A stretch of DNA of 64,000 nucleotides from NCBI GenBank assembly GCA_949293285.1, contig CASFCU010000017.1:2432-66431 (forward strand), read 5' to 3'. Position numbers and translations under genes: made by a program. Source of the DNA: an uncultured bacterium (lineage in GTDB: Bacteria > Bacillota_I > Bacilli_A > RF39 > UBA660). Positions 30,485 through 40,366 of this stretch are shown one piece after another (within the stretch, counting starts at the first letter, position 1; each line of letters begins with the position of its first letter). The notes below the pieces were generated by a model. It saw only the letters and a program-made list of their open reading frames with translations. It was not told where the DNA came from and ran no database searches.

Positions 30485-31250
30485 TCACTTCCTTTGCTAA
30501 ATTTAAATATGCATCAGTTGCTCGACATTTCGGATCATATGCAATAATCGGTTTACCATGTGAAGGACACTCAGCTAACCTAACCAATCTAGGTATAATT
30601 GTATTATAAACCCTTTCTTTAAAATATTTTCTAATTTCTTCTACTACTTCAAAACCCAAATTTGCCCTGGAATCGAGCATAGTAAGAAGAACACCTTCAA
30701 TATCTAAATTAGGATTCAATTGCTTTTGAGCCATCATAATAGTATTCAAAAGTTGCATAATTCCTTCTAAAGCTAGAAATTCACATTGTACAGGAATAAT
30801 AACAGAATTAGAAGCAGTCAATGCATTAATCGTTATAATACTAAGTGAGGGAGGGCAATCTACTATAATAAAATCATACTCATCACGTATTGGATCTATC
30901 TTATTTTTTAATTGTGCTCCCTTAACAAAATTAGGTTCTTCTTTACTTCTTTCAAAAAACTCTGTATCAAGTCCACTAAGATTAACAGTTGCTGGAAGTA
31001 AATCTAAACGTTTATACTTAGTATGAATAATAGCATCTTTTACATCACACCTTCCGATTAAAACATCATAAATAGTCTTATCGATATCTCCCTTATTCAT
31101 TCCTATACCAGTCGTCGTATTTCCTTGTGGATCAAGATCAAGTAATAATACTTTCTTTCCTAAATATGCTAAAGATGCTGAAAGATTTATACTTGTTGTA
31201 GTTTTACCAACCCCACCTTTTTGATTAACCAACGAAATCATCTTTCCCAT
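30459..31250 (-). CDS. parA: Chromosome partitioning ATPase ParA/Soj
   Basis: Deviant Walker A NQKGGVGKTTTSINL; 263 aa. Confidence 0.95.
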   Translation of the reverse strand: MGKMISLVNQKGGVGKTTTSINLSASLAYLGKKVLLLDLDPQGNTTTGIGMNKGDIDKTIYDVLIGRCDVKDAIIHTKYKRLDLLPATVNLSGLDTEFFERSKEEPNFVKGAQLKNKIDPIRDEYDFIIVDCPPSLSIITINALTASNSVIIPVQCEFLALEGIMQLLNTIMMAQKQLNPNLDIEGVLLTMLDSRANLGFEVVEEIRKYFKERVYNTIIPRLVRLAECPSHGKPIIAYDPKCRATDAYLNLAKEVIERNGQQL

Positions 31251-31721
31251 CTAACATCACCTTTTCTATCAATCTCGTATTTCTATTTTATCAAACATTA
31301 ACCAATTAATAAATCCTTTTTAAAAAAAAGATAATTATAAATAGCTCTCTTTTAAAAATAAGCCATAAAAATCCTAGAGAATTCTTATCATATTTAACAA
31401 ATTACGACATTTAAAGTTTTATAATCTAAAATAAGTGAAAATAGATAATAGTTCCATGAAAACTTAAAAAACAGCTAACTCTTTATCGATATTTAAATCA
31501 TCTCACGAAACTCCATACTCACTCTACTTCTATAAAAAATACTTTCTACAATAAACCTAATGTTAATATTTATCAATAGATTCAGAAACAATAATACTAT
31601 CCAACATTTTACTAGCAGCTTCTCATTTTCCATCACAAGATATCAAATAAAAAGTAAACACATCATCTAGTGTCTACTTTTATTGACAAATCATATAAAT
31701 TATCTTTTTATCAATATCAAA

Positions 31722-33077
31722 TTAAATATTCTTGTCGACCTTTATTGTAATCTGATAAGTATTAACAGAATCATTTTCTTCCACTAAAACCTTATATCCT
31801 TTACTTTCTATATTCTTAATAGTAGACTTTATATCATTTATAACTGGAGAAACATCCTTTTTATCTGGATTCTCAAAAGCACTAAAATTAAATGATGGAA
31901 TAGATTTAGAACTAGCTAAATTACTATTAGATTGTTCTCCTTGAGAAGAAGCTGAACTAAAAAAAGAATTAAAATCATTCGTATTCTGATTTGATGTTAA
32001 AAAAGAAGAATTGTTATTATTGTTATTATTGTCAGTAATATTTGAAGATAATGGATTGTTAGAACCAAAACCACCAAAAGAATTACTAATCAAACTTGGA
32101 GAATCACCACTACTAAACGAAGAACTCAAATTAGAACTATGATCTTCCATACCATTAGATGGAACAAACTTAAAATTATTAGTATCAGTAACACTAGTAT
32201 CCCTCATTAAATCTTTAACATCCACAGTAGGAGTTTTAGGACCATTAATATCTACTGCACTCTCTCTAATTTTATTAATATCAACAGCTGTTGGATTAAA
32301 CATACTAGAATTTTCTCTAGCTCCCATTTGTTCACCAGTAGAAGGTGATAAATTACTACTAGTTGGTAAAGAATTTTGCTTCTCTTCCTCTTTAAAAGGC
32401 GGTGAAAAAGAAATAGGTTGTTGCACTAATCCATTACCACCAGTTACTTGTGAAGTATCATTTTGTCCTTGTCTATCATTCATTTCTCTAATTTCCTTAT
32501 CTAATTCTCTAACAGTCATTTTATTAGTAATGACTTTATCTAACATTCTTATTTGATCATTTTTATTTGTTAAATTCAATAAACTTCTTGCATGACGCTC
32601 TGATATTTTTTCTTTCAAAAGAGCATCCTGAACTTCATCTGGTAACGCAAGAAGTCTAAGTTTATTAGAAACAACAGATTGCGTCTTTCCCATAGTAGAT
32701 GCTAATTGTTCTTGAGTCATTCCCGGTTCTAACTCTAATATTTTTTGATAGGTTCTAGCTTCCTCAATAGGAGTCAAATCTCTTCTTTGAAGATTCTCGA
32801 TAAGCGCTACTTTCGAACTTTCCTGATCATCTAAATTCTTAACAATTGCAGGAATTTTCGTAAGACCTGCCATAGTAGACGCCTTATATCTCCTTTCTCC
32901 TGCTATAATTTCATACTTATTCTCAACCTTTCTTACAATAATTGGCTGAATAACACCATGTTCTTTAATTGAAATTGCTAACTCTTTTAAAGCCTGATCA
33001 TCAAAAACTTCTCTAGGTTGAAATCTATTTGGTATAATATCATCCAAATATAAATATACAATCTCATTGTTTTCCAT
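31722..33077 (-). CDS. noc: Noc-like ParB-family nucleoid occlusion/partition paralog with a ~250-aa disordered S/N-rich C-terminal extension
   Basis: A ParB N-terminal domain (PNRFQPR ... GERRYKAS) with an HTH, lying between rsmG and parA (the noc position); residues ~200-400 are low complexity (S, N, T, G, poly-N NNNNNNN), followed by a short C-terminal folded segment; RBS AGAGGGTG. Confidence 0.8.
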   Translation of the reverse strand: MENNEIVYLYLDDIIPNRFQPREVFDDQALKELAISIKEHGVIQPIIVRKVENKYEIIAGERRYKASTMAGLTKIPAIVKNLDDQESSKVALIENLQRRDLTPIEEARTYQKILELEPGMTQEQLASTMGKTQSVVSNKLRLLALPDEVQDALLKEKISERHARSLLNLTNKNDQIRMLDKVITNKMTVRELDKEIREMNDRQGQNDTSQVTGGNGLVQQPISFSPPFKEEEKQNSLPTSSNLSPSTGEQMGARENSSMFNPTAVDINKIRESAVDINGPKTPTVDVKDLMRDTSVTDTNNFKFVPSNGMEDHSSNLSSSFSSGDSPSLISNSFGGFGSNNPLSSNITDNNNNNNNSSFLTSNQNTNDFNSFFSSASSQGEQSNSNLASSKSIPSFNFSAFENPDKKDVSPVINDIKSTIKNIESKGYKVLVEENDSVNTYQITIKVDKNI

Positions 33078-33140
33078 CGAAACACCCTCTATCCTTTTGT
33101 ATTATCATCTATTATACATTATAAAATAAAAAATCCATTT

Positions 33141-33845
33141 TTACAATGGATTTCTTTTGATTTTATCAATACTTCTAGGAAATTTCTTAATAGTATGTCC
33201 CTTTTTCTTCATACAAACCAGAGTTCTAATGCTATTCTCCACTGGCAAACTAAACCTTTTAATTTCTTCTATATCAAGTGATAAATTAGATAAAATACGA
33301 TTTATAGTACTAAGTTCACTATCACAATTAGCTTTCATGAAAACAAACTTACCACCAATTTTTAAAGATCTTACCGAAATTTCAGATAAAACACTAAGAC
33401 TAGCTACGGCTCTTGCAGTAATAACATCAAAAACCTCTTCATTCTTTCTAGAAAAATCTTCCATCCGCCAATGAACAGCTTCAATATTTTGCAATTTTAA
33501 CTTTCGAATCACATCATTTAAATAAATTACTCTTTTATTCAAAGAATCCACTAAAACAATTTTTATATGCGGAAAAAATATTTTTAAAACGATACCTGGA
33601 AAACCAGCCCCACTCCCTACATCACATAAAGTAATATTTTGATTAAAATCAATAACTTTAATCAATGTTAAACTATCATAAAAATGCTTTAAATAAACAT
33701 CTTCTTCAGAAACAATAGTAGTTAAATTAATCTTCTCGTTCCATTCCAACAATAACTGATAAAAATAATCTAATTTTTCTAATATCTCTTTAGAGACTTT
33801 AATTCCTAATTTTTCAACTTCTAATACAAACTCTTCTTTATTCAT
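33141..33845 (-). CDS. rsmG: 16S rRNA (guanine527-N7)-methyltransferase RsmG (GidB)
   Basis: SAM motif DVGSGAGFPGIVLKI; 234 aa; overlaps the mnmG stop. Confidence 0.9.
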   Translation of the reverse strand: MNKEEFVLEVEKLGIKVSKEILEKLDYFYQLLLEWNEKINLTTIVSEEDVYLKHFYDSLTLIKVIDFNQNITLCDVGSGAGFPGIVLKIFFPHIKIVLVDSLNKRVIYLNDVIRKLKLQNIEAVHWRMEDFSRKNEEVFDVITARAVASLSVLSEISVRSLKIGGKFVFMKANCDSELSTINRILSNLSLDIEEIKRFSLPVENSIRTLVCMKKKGHTIKKFPRSIDKIKRNPL

Positions 33846-35697
33846 AATGATTCCTCTTAAGATACAAAAGTAACATCGAAATATCAGAAGGATTTACTCC
33901 ACTAATACGAAGTGCTTGTCCTATAGAAATAGGCCTTATCTCCTTAAGCTTTTGAACAGCTTCCTTAGCAAGATTTGAAACTTTATCATAATCAATACAA
34001 TCATTGATTTTGATTTTCTCATATTCTAACATCTTAGAGACCTCTTTATTAGCTTTAGCAATATATCCATCATATTTAATATTAATTACCACTTGTTCTA
34101 TAACATCAATATCAAAATCCTCTTCTACATATCTTTTAATATTATCATATTTTATTTCCGGTCTTTTCAATAAATCATATAAACTAATACCATCATAAAG
34201 ATGAGCACTATCCAAACTAGAAAGATAACGATTTACTTCTTCTGTTGGATTCAACTTCACATTTTTAAGAATATGATTTAATCTTTCTATATTCCTCAAC
34301 TTTTCTTGAAATAAACAATAAATATCATCGTGAACAAGGCCTACTTCTTTTCCATATTTCATCAATCTAATATCAGCATTATCATGCCTTAAAAGTAGTC
34401 TATACTCTGCTCTTGAAGTAAGAAGTCTATAAGGATCTATTACTCCTTTAGTAACTAGATCATCAATTAAAACTCCAATATAAGCCTCATTTCTACCGAG
34501 TATAATTGGTTCCAGACCATCTAATTTTCTAGAAGCATTAATTCCTGCAATAATTCCTTGCCCTGCCGCTTCTTCATAACCACTAGTACCATTAATTTGC
34601 CCTGCAGTATACAAATTTTCAACTAATTTCGTCTCAAGAGATGGCTTCAATTGCTTAGAATCAATAGCATCATATTCTATAGCATAAGCATATTTGACAA
34701 TTTCAGCCTTTTCAAGACCCGGAAGACTATGAACCATCTGTTCCTGAACATCATGTGGCATACTCGTAGAAAATCCTTGAATATAAATATCATCATAATA
34801 AATGCTCTCTGGCTCTAAAAAAATCTGATGCCTATCTTTATCAGCAAATTTTACTATTTTATCTTCTATAGATGGACAATAGCGTGGACCCACTCCCTCC
34901 ACATAACCACCATACATACTAGATTTATTTAAATTTTTTCTTATAATATCATGTGTCTTTTCAGTAGTATAGATTAAATAACAAGGAATCTGTTTATCAA
35001 CATCATAAGAAGATTGATTAAAAAAAGAAAAATGATACATCTCTTCATCTCCTGGCTGAATCACAGCACGAGAATAATCAATACTATCCTTCTTAATTCT
35101 AGGAGGTGTCCCCGTTTTTAATCTTTTCATTGTAAAACCTAACTTTTTCAATGAATCACTCAAATATAAAGATGGTTTCTCACCATGAGGACCACTAGAA
35201 ATCTTATGAGATCCACATAAAATAGTACCTTTCAAATAGGTTCCCGTCGTAATAATCACCGTTGATGAAAAAATTTTTTGACCATTTTCAAGAACTATCC
35301 CTTTAATTTTTCCATCTTCCACCAATAAATCGGCTACCATAGATTCAAGAATATCTAAATTCTCTTCTTTTTCTAGAGTATTCAACATTTCTTTTTGATA
35401 AACAACCTTATCTGCTTGTGCTCTTAAAGCTCTAACAGCAGGACCCTTTTTGGTATTAAGCATCTTCATTTGCAGAAAACTTTTATCTATATTTTTTCCC
35501 ATTTCTCCACCAAGAGCATCTATTTCTCTAACAATAATCCCCTTTGCAGGTCCTCCAATCGATGGATTACATGGCATATCTGCTATATTTTCTTTATTAC
35601 CAGTAACAAGTAACGTCTTCTTTTTCAACCTACTAGTAGCAAGGCATGCTTCACAACCAGCATGTCCTCCTCCCACAACGATAACATCATAATTCAT
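33838..35697 (-). CDS. mnmG: tRNA uridine 5-carboxymethylaminomethyl modification enzyme MnmG (GidA)
   Basis: FAD motif DVIVVGGGHAGCEA; 619 aa. Confidence 0.95.
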   Translation of the reverse strand: MNYDVIVVGGGHAGCEACLATSRLKKKTLLVTGNKENIADMPCNPSIGGPAKGIIVREIDALGGEMGKNIDKSFLQMKMLNTKKGPAVRALRAQADKVVYQKEMLNTLEKEENLDILESMVADLLVEDGKIKGIVLENGQKIFSSTVIITTGTYLKGTILCGSHKISSGPHGEKPSLYLSDSLKKLGFTMKRLKTGTPPRIKKDSIDYSRAVIQPGDEEMYHFSFFNQSSYDVDKQIPCYLIYTTEKTHDIIRKNLNKSSMYGGYVEGVGPRYCPSIEDKIVKFADKDRHQIFLEPESIYYDDIYIQGFSTSMPHDVQEQMVHSLPGLEKAEIVKYAYAIEYDAIDSKQLKPSLETKLVENLYTAGQINGTSGYEEAAGQGIIAGINASRKLDGLEPIILGRNEAYIGVLIDDLVTKGVIDPYRLLTSRAEYRLLLRHDNADIRLMKYGKEVGLVHDDIYCLFQEKLRNIERLNHILKNVKLNPTEEVNRYLSSLDSAHLYDGISLYDLLKRPEIKYDNIKRYVEEDFDIDVIEQVVINIKYDGYIAKANKEVSKMLEYEKIKINDCIDYDKVSNLAKEAVQKLKEIRPISIGQALRISGVNPSDISMLLLYLKRNHYE

Positions 35698-35779
35698 AAT
35701 ATCACTTCCAACAAATCTACTGTATTATATAATAAATAAATTTAAAAAAAAAGAGAAAATTACCTTTTCAAAGTTTATT

Positions 35780-36133
35780 TTACTTTTTCCCTCTCAACTC
35801 AACCATGATAACAATAATTAAATAAACAATAAATAAAGCAATATTCCAAACAATTAAATCTTTAGTAACACTTGGTCTTATAATATAATTAAGTACGATT
35901 ACAGCTAATGCATATAACAAACTACTAGATAACATATCTTCAATCGTTTTATTTTTCATACTAGGTACAACAATGGATAAAAATATCAATAACTCAGAAA
36001 AAACGAAAACTCCAAATGAAATTAACTGATTAATCGTTTTTTCAAAATTACCAAGTCCAAAAAATAATAAACAAGTAAGAAGAACTACCAAAATAAACAC
36101 CATAGTTTTAACAAAATAATTTTCTTTTTTCAC
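35780..36133 (-). CDS. Hypothetical small integral membrane protein (4 predicted TM helices)
   Basis: 117 aa; hydrophobic segments only; inserted between mnmE and mnmG, where most Firmicutes have none. Confidence 0.4.
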   Translation of the reverse strand: MKKENYFVKTMVFILVVLLTCLLFFGLGNFEKTINQLISFGVFVFSELLIFLSIVVPSMKNKTIEDMLSSSLLYALAVIVLNYIIRPSVTKDLIVWNIALFIVYLIIVIMVELRGKK

Positions 36134-36210
36134 AGCTATTTACACTCTCCTATTATAACTTAATTTTAACATTGTAATAAAATCAATGTCAATAAAACGA
36201 AAAAACAAAG

Positions 36211-37566
36211 TTATTTCCCTAAACAAAATTGGCTGAATAACTGATCAATAAGCTCATCACTATAGTTTTCACCTAAAATTTCACCTAATTTTGTCCACAT
36301 ACGATTAATATCGATTGCTATCATATCAACAGGAACATTCAAATCGATTCCTCTTTTTACCTCTTCTAAAATAGCCAAAGATTCCTTAGCTAAAGTAATT
36401 TGTCTAGTGTTAGTAAAGATATCATAATTATTATTTTCTAGTTCTTCTAAATGAAATAACTCAATAATTTTATTTTTCAAAGATTCAATTCCATCAACAC
36501 TAACAGTATCAGTGTATATTACATTTTTTAGTGAGGATAAATCAACATCTATCTTTTTCTCTAAATCACACTTATTAATAACTGTAATATACTTTTTATT
36601 TTTAATCATATCCATAAGACTTTTCTCTTCAGAAGTTAACCTTTCATTATAATTTAAAACAAGTAATACCAAATCTGCCTTATCCAACTGCTGAATACTC
36701 TTTTCTACCCCAACCTTTTCCACAACATCCGAAGTATCCCTAATTCCAGCAGTATCAATAAAATTAAGGGCAACACCATTTAAAGTAATGCTTCCTTCTA
36801 CGATATCACGAGTAGTCCCCGCTATATCGGTAACAATAGCCTTATCCTCACCTAATAACTTATTTAAAATACTACTTTTACCAACATTAGGTTTACCAAC
36901 AATAGCAATAGAAATACCATCTTTTATAATCTGTCTAGATAAAGACTCCTGAACAATCAACTCCAGAGATTTTTTCATACTAGCCACTCTATCATGAATA
37001 GTACTAATCGTGACATCAACCGCATCTTCGTATTCTGGATAATCTATATTAACCTCAATATTAGCAAGTAACTCTAATAATTCTTGTCTAAATTTCCTAA
37101 TAATACTAGAAAGTCTCCCTTCCAGTTGATTCACAGAAACTTCCCTAGCTTTCTCTGTCTTAGAATTAATAATATCCATCACTGCTTCTGCCTTAATCAA
37201 ATCTATTCTTCCATTCAAATATGCTCTTTTAGTAAATTCTCCAGCAAGAGCAAGACGAGCTCCCAAAAGAACCATAACCTCTAAAATTTTATTTGTAGGT
37301 GCAATTCCTCCATGACAATTAATTTCTACTATATCCTCAGTAGTATAAGTCTTAGGAGCTCTCATCACAGATACTAAAACCTCATCTATAACATTGTTTT
37401 CATAAACAATATGACCATAATTTATAGTATGAGATAAAACCTTAGTTAAATCCTTCCCTTTAAAACAAGAATTAACAAGTTCAATACAGCCCTTACCACT
37501 CAATCTAACGATAGAAATAGCACCTTTTCCCAGTGCTGTCGAAATTGCAACTATAATATCATTCAT
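36211..37566 (-). CDS. mnmE: tRNA modification GTPase MnmE (TrmE)
   Basis: G-domain GKPNVGKSSILN and DTAG; C-terminal CLGK motif; start MNDIIVAISTA at ATG 37566 with a GGAGTGG RBS. Confidence 0.9.
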   Translation of the reverse strand: MNDIIVAISTALGKGAISIVRLSGKGCIELVNSCFKGKDLTKVLSHTINYGHIVYENNVIDEVLVSVMRAPKTYTTEDIVEINCHGGIAPTNKILEVMVLLGARLALAGEFTKRAYLNGRIDLIKAEAVMDIINSKTEKAREVSVNQLEGRLSSIIRKFRQELLELLANIEVNIDYPEYEDAVDVTISTIHDRVASMKKSLELIVQESLSRQIIKDGISIAIVGKPNVGKSSILNKLLGEDKAIVTDIAGTTRDIVEGSITLNGVALNFIDTAGIRDTSDVVEKVGVEKSIQQLDKADLVLLVLNYNERLTSEEKSLMDMIKNKKYITVINKCDLEKKIDVDLSSLKNVIYTDTVSVDGIESLKNKIIELFHLEELENNNYDIFTNTRQITLAKESLAILEEVKRGIDLNVPVDMIAIDINRMWTKLGEILGENYSDELIDQLFSQFCLGK

Positions 37567-37948
37567 ACAAACCACTCCATCAAACAAATATATTAGAAAA
37601 AAAATAAGTAAGTCAATTTCTTCTTGGTCAGCTTTCTAAATTACTACTTCAAAATCCAAATATCCATACTTCTTTTCAATCTTAGCATCCGATGTCACTA
37701 CAGCTTTGTTCATTTTTTCTTTTCTACATCCATTTTATCATATATTTACTTAATCCTTCAAAGGTAATAGATGAATTAAGATTAAAAGTTTTATCATAAT
37801 ATCTCCTACAAAGATAACACACTGCTATCGAATACTGAAATACTCTACCTTTTCATTCCAATATCCACATAAAATATATTTCTAACTAGTTGGATAATAA
37901 TTATTTATTTTTATATACTTTTTTCATCAATAAAAAGAAAAAGAGTAA

Positions 37949-38560
37949 CTACTCTTCTTTCGGTTTAATAACCACATACCTATTTGGTTCTTCACCATAA
38001 CTCTCTGTATAAACATCCTTACGATCAGTCAAAATATTATGAACGATCCTTCTTTCATAAGAATTCATAGGATCAAGTTTTACTTCAATTTTAGATTTTG
38101 CTACGTCCCTAGCAACCTTTTCTGCCATTTTTTCGATATTTTTTTGCTGCTTCAACTTATATTCTCCAACATCAAGATTAAATTTATAAAAGAATCCAAC
38201 TTCGTTATAAACTGCTTGTCTAACAACAGTACCTAAAGCGGCTAGATTTTTTCCCTCTTTTCCAATTAATAAACGATTATTATCACTATAAAGAGTAATA
38301 TTTAACACATCATCTCTCTTCTTAGACTCTATTTTTACATCAAAACCCATATCTTTAGTTAATTTTAAGAGAAACTCCTTTATATAATTATCTAAATCCG
38401 ACTTTTTAATCACTTCCACTACTACCTTTTTTGCCTTGAATATCCCATTTTTTTGTTCACTACTATCAAAAAAGAAATCACTCTTCGTCCCACCTAACTC
38501 ACAACAAGCCTTATTCAGTGCATCTTCTTCACTTTTTCCTTCAAAAATATACTTCTCCAT
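37949..38560 (-). CDS. jag: Jag/KhpB RNA-binding protein (KH + R3H domains)
   Basis: 203 aa; a KH-like central region and an R3H C-terminal domain; conserved position downstream of yidC. Confidence 0.8.
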   Translation of the reverse strand: MEKYIFEGKSEEDALNKACCELGGTKSDFFFDSSEQKNGIFKAKKVVVEVIKKSDLDNYIKEFLLKLTKDMGFDVKIESKKRDDVLNITLYSDNNRLLIGKEGKNLAALGTVVRQAVYNEVGFFYKFNLDVGEYKLKQQKNIEKMAEKVARDVAKSKIEVKLDPMNSYERRIVHNILTDRKDVYTESYGEEPNRYVVIKPKEE

Positions 38561-38562
38561 AC

Positions 38563-39480
38563 TTATACCTTCTCTCTTTTAACAATTAAATTTTGACCTA
38601 CGGTAAACAAATTTGTTGTTATCCAATAAATATTAAGAGCCGAAGACATAAATATAGACATAACCATAATCATAACAAACATAACTTTATTAGCAGATTT
38701 CACCTGCTGATTATCAGGATTACTTGCCGAATTCAATTTTAATGAAAAATAAGTAGATAACCCAACGACAATTGTAATGATAATATAAATATAAGAACCA
38801 TTAGTAATTCCTACAAGTGGTGTTGTTCCAAGTTGAAAGCCTAAAAAGTTTTCTTCAAAAATGGCCGGTACCCTATTAATTGCTTCTAAAAAAGCAATAA
38901 ATAAAGGAAGTTGTATTAACGCATAAAGGCATCCAGAAATAGGATTAATCTGATATTTTTTATAAATAAATGCCATCTCTTGTGATTTTCTCATCATAGA
39001 ATCATTATCTGTCTTATTTGCATATTTCTTCTCCAATTTATCTAGTTCAGGCTTTGCTTTCTTCATAAGTTCAGATTGAATTGCTGTTTTTCTAGTAATA
39101 GGATAAGCAACTAATCTGATTAACAAACTAGTAATAATAAGTGCTAATCCATTACTTTTAACAAAGCTACCTATTGTTAAAATAACCCAAGCAAGAGGTT
39201 TAATAAATACACTAGTCCAAATTCCCTCATAACCACCACTGGTAATTGAAAATTCTGAACAAAGAGGTAACGATTCTAAATCTACTCCATTCTCTATATA
39301 AATATTAATCGTCTCTTCATCTTCTGGTTTACATAATATATTCTCAGTCAAACTCTGACCCGTAGTAGGATTGGTTACTGCCTTATTATCCGAATCTTTC
39401 AACTGCTTTGTACAACCAACAGAAACAAACAACAATAACAGCAATAAAACAATCAATTTATTTTTATTTTTTTTCTTCAT
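38563..39480 (-). CDS. yidC: Membrane protein insertase YidC/SpoIIIJ/OxaA (lipoprotein form)
   Basis: Lipobox LLFVSVGCTK; YidC TM core; 305 aa. Confidence 0.9.
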   Translation of the reverse strand: MKKKNKNKLIVLLLLLLFVSVGCTKQLKDSDNKAVTNPTTGQSLTENILCKPEDEETINIYIENGVDLESLPLCSEFSITSGGYEGIWTSVFIKPLAWVILTIGSFVKSNGLALIITSLLIRLVAYPITRKTAIQSELMKKAKPELDKLEKKYANKTDNDSMMRKSQEMAFIYKKYQINPISGCLYALIQLPLFIAFLEAINRVPAIFEENFLGFQLGTTPLVGITNGSYIYIIITIVVGLSTYFSLKLNSASNPDNQQVKSANKVMFVMIMVMSIFMSSALNIYWITTNLFTVGQNLIVKREKV

Positions 39481-39829
39481 CTATAATCTCCTTTGTAAAA
39501 CCATTACTTATTTTATTAATTAGATAAATATAATCTTTATCCTTTTCATCAAAATCTAAATGAATATAACCATTCCTTATTATTATAATATAATCAAAGC
39601 CTTTTTGGTAGTTTTTTTTATATTTATCTATAATAAAACGAAGTTGCCTTTTATATTTATTTCGATGAACTGCATTTCCTAACTTCTTACTAACAGAAAT
39701 ACCAAATCTGTATATATCCAATTGATTTTCTTTAACATATACAACATAACTTCTATTCTTCACATATCTCCCATGATGAATAATATTAGAAAAATCACTA
39801 TTCTTTTTTACTGTATGATATCTATTCAT
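39464..39829 (-). CDS. rnpA: Ribonuclease P protein component
   Basis: FGISVSKKLGNAVHRNKYKRQLRFII, the RNR-like motif region; 121 aa. Confidence 0.9.
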   Translation of the reverse strand: MNRYHTVKKNSDFSNIIHHGRYVKNRSYVVYVKENQLDIYRFGISVSKKLGNAVHRNKYKRQLRFIIDKYKKNYQKGFDYIIIIRNGYIHLDFDEKDKDYIYLINKISNGFTKEIIDEEKK

Positions 39830-39883
39830 AAAAACTCCTCATATTAGATATAACAAAAAAGCCACTGAGTACAGTGGAATCCT

Positions 39884-40003
39884 TTATACTAATTTCTTAC
39901 GACCTTTTTTTCTTCTTTTATTTAAAACTTTTGTCTTAACTCGAGCAAAAAAACCGTGTTTCTTAGCTTTTTTTCTATTATTTGGTTGATAAGTTCTCTT
40001 CAC
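39884..40003 (-). CDS. rpmH: 50S ribosomal protein L34 (39 aa, GTG start); not present in the ORF track
   Basis: The minus strand reads GGAGGTGGAATT GTG: [39 protein letters not shown], the classic L34 signature, immediately upstream of rnpA. Confidence 0.8.
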   Translation of the reverse strand: MKRTYQPNNRKKAKKHGFFARVKTKVLNKRRKKGRKKLV

Positions 40004-40366
40004 AATTCCACCTCCAAACTAAAATCTACATTATTATAATAATCAAAAACCCGTTTTGTCAATTAAAATAATATCACTAAAATAAAAAGATAGCAACATA
40101 TATCACTAATAAAAAAGAAGATATAAAAAATTATCAACAAAATTAACAACACTGTTAATAACTCAAAATATAACTGTTAATAAAAAATTGTGGAAAATGT
40201 GGAAAAACTATTTTTTCATTATAAATAAACCATATTATTTATGGAAAACTTTGTTAATAATTTGTGGATATTTTTTTTTATTATTTTTTCCTTTTCTTTT
40301 TTCCACATTTAAGTTAAAATATCTTATAGATTTACGCAAGAACGTATCAGGGGAGGTGAGGAAGAA
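40004..40366. promoter_or_regulatory. oriC part 1: AT-rich region with DnaA-box-like 9-mers upstream of dnaA
   Basis: TTATCAACA (40131), tandem TGTGGAAAA TGTGGAAAA (40189-40206), TGTGGATAT (40263), TTTTCCACA (40299); each is within 1 mismatch of TTATCCACA/TGTGGATAA; the leading-strand gene orientation switches here. Confidence 0.7.
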
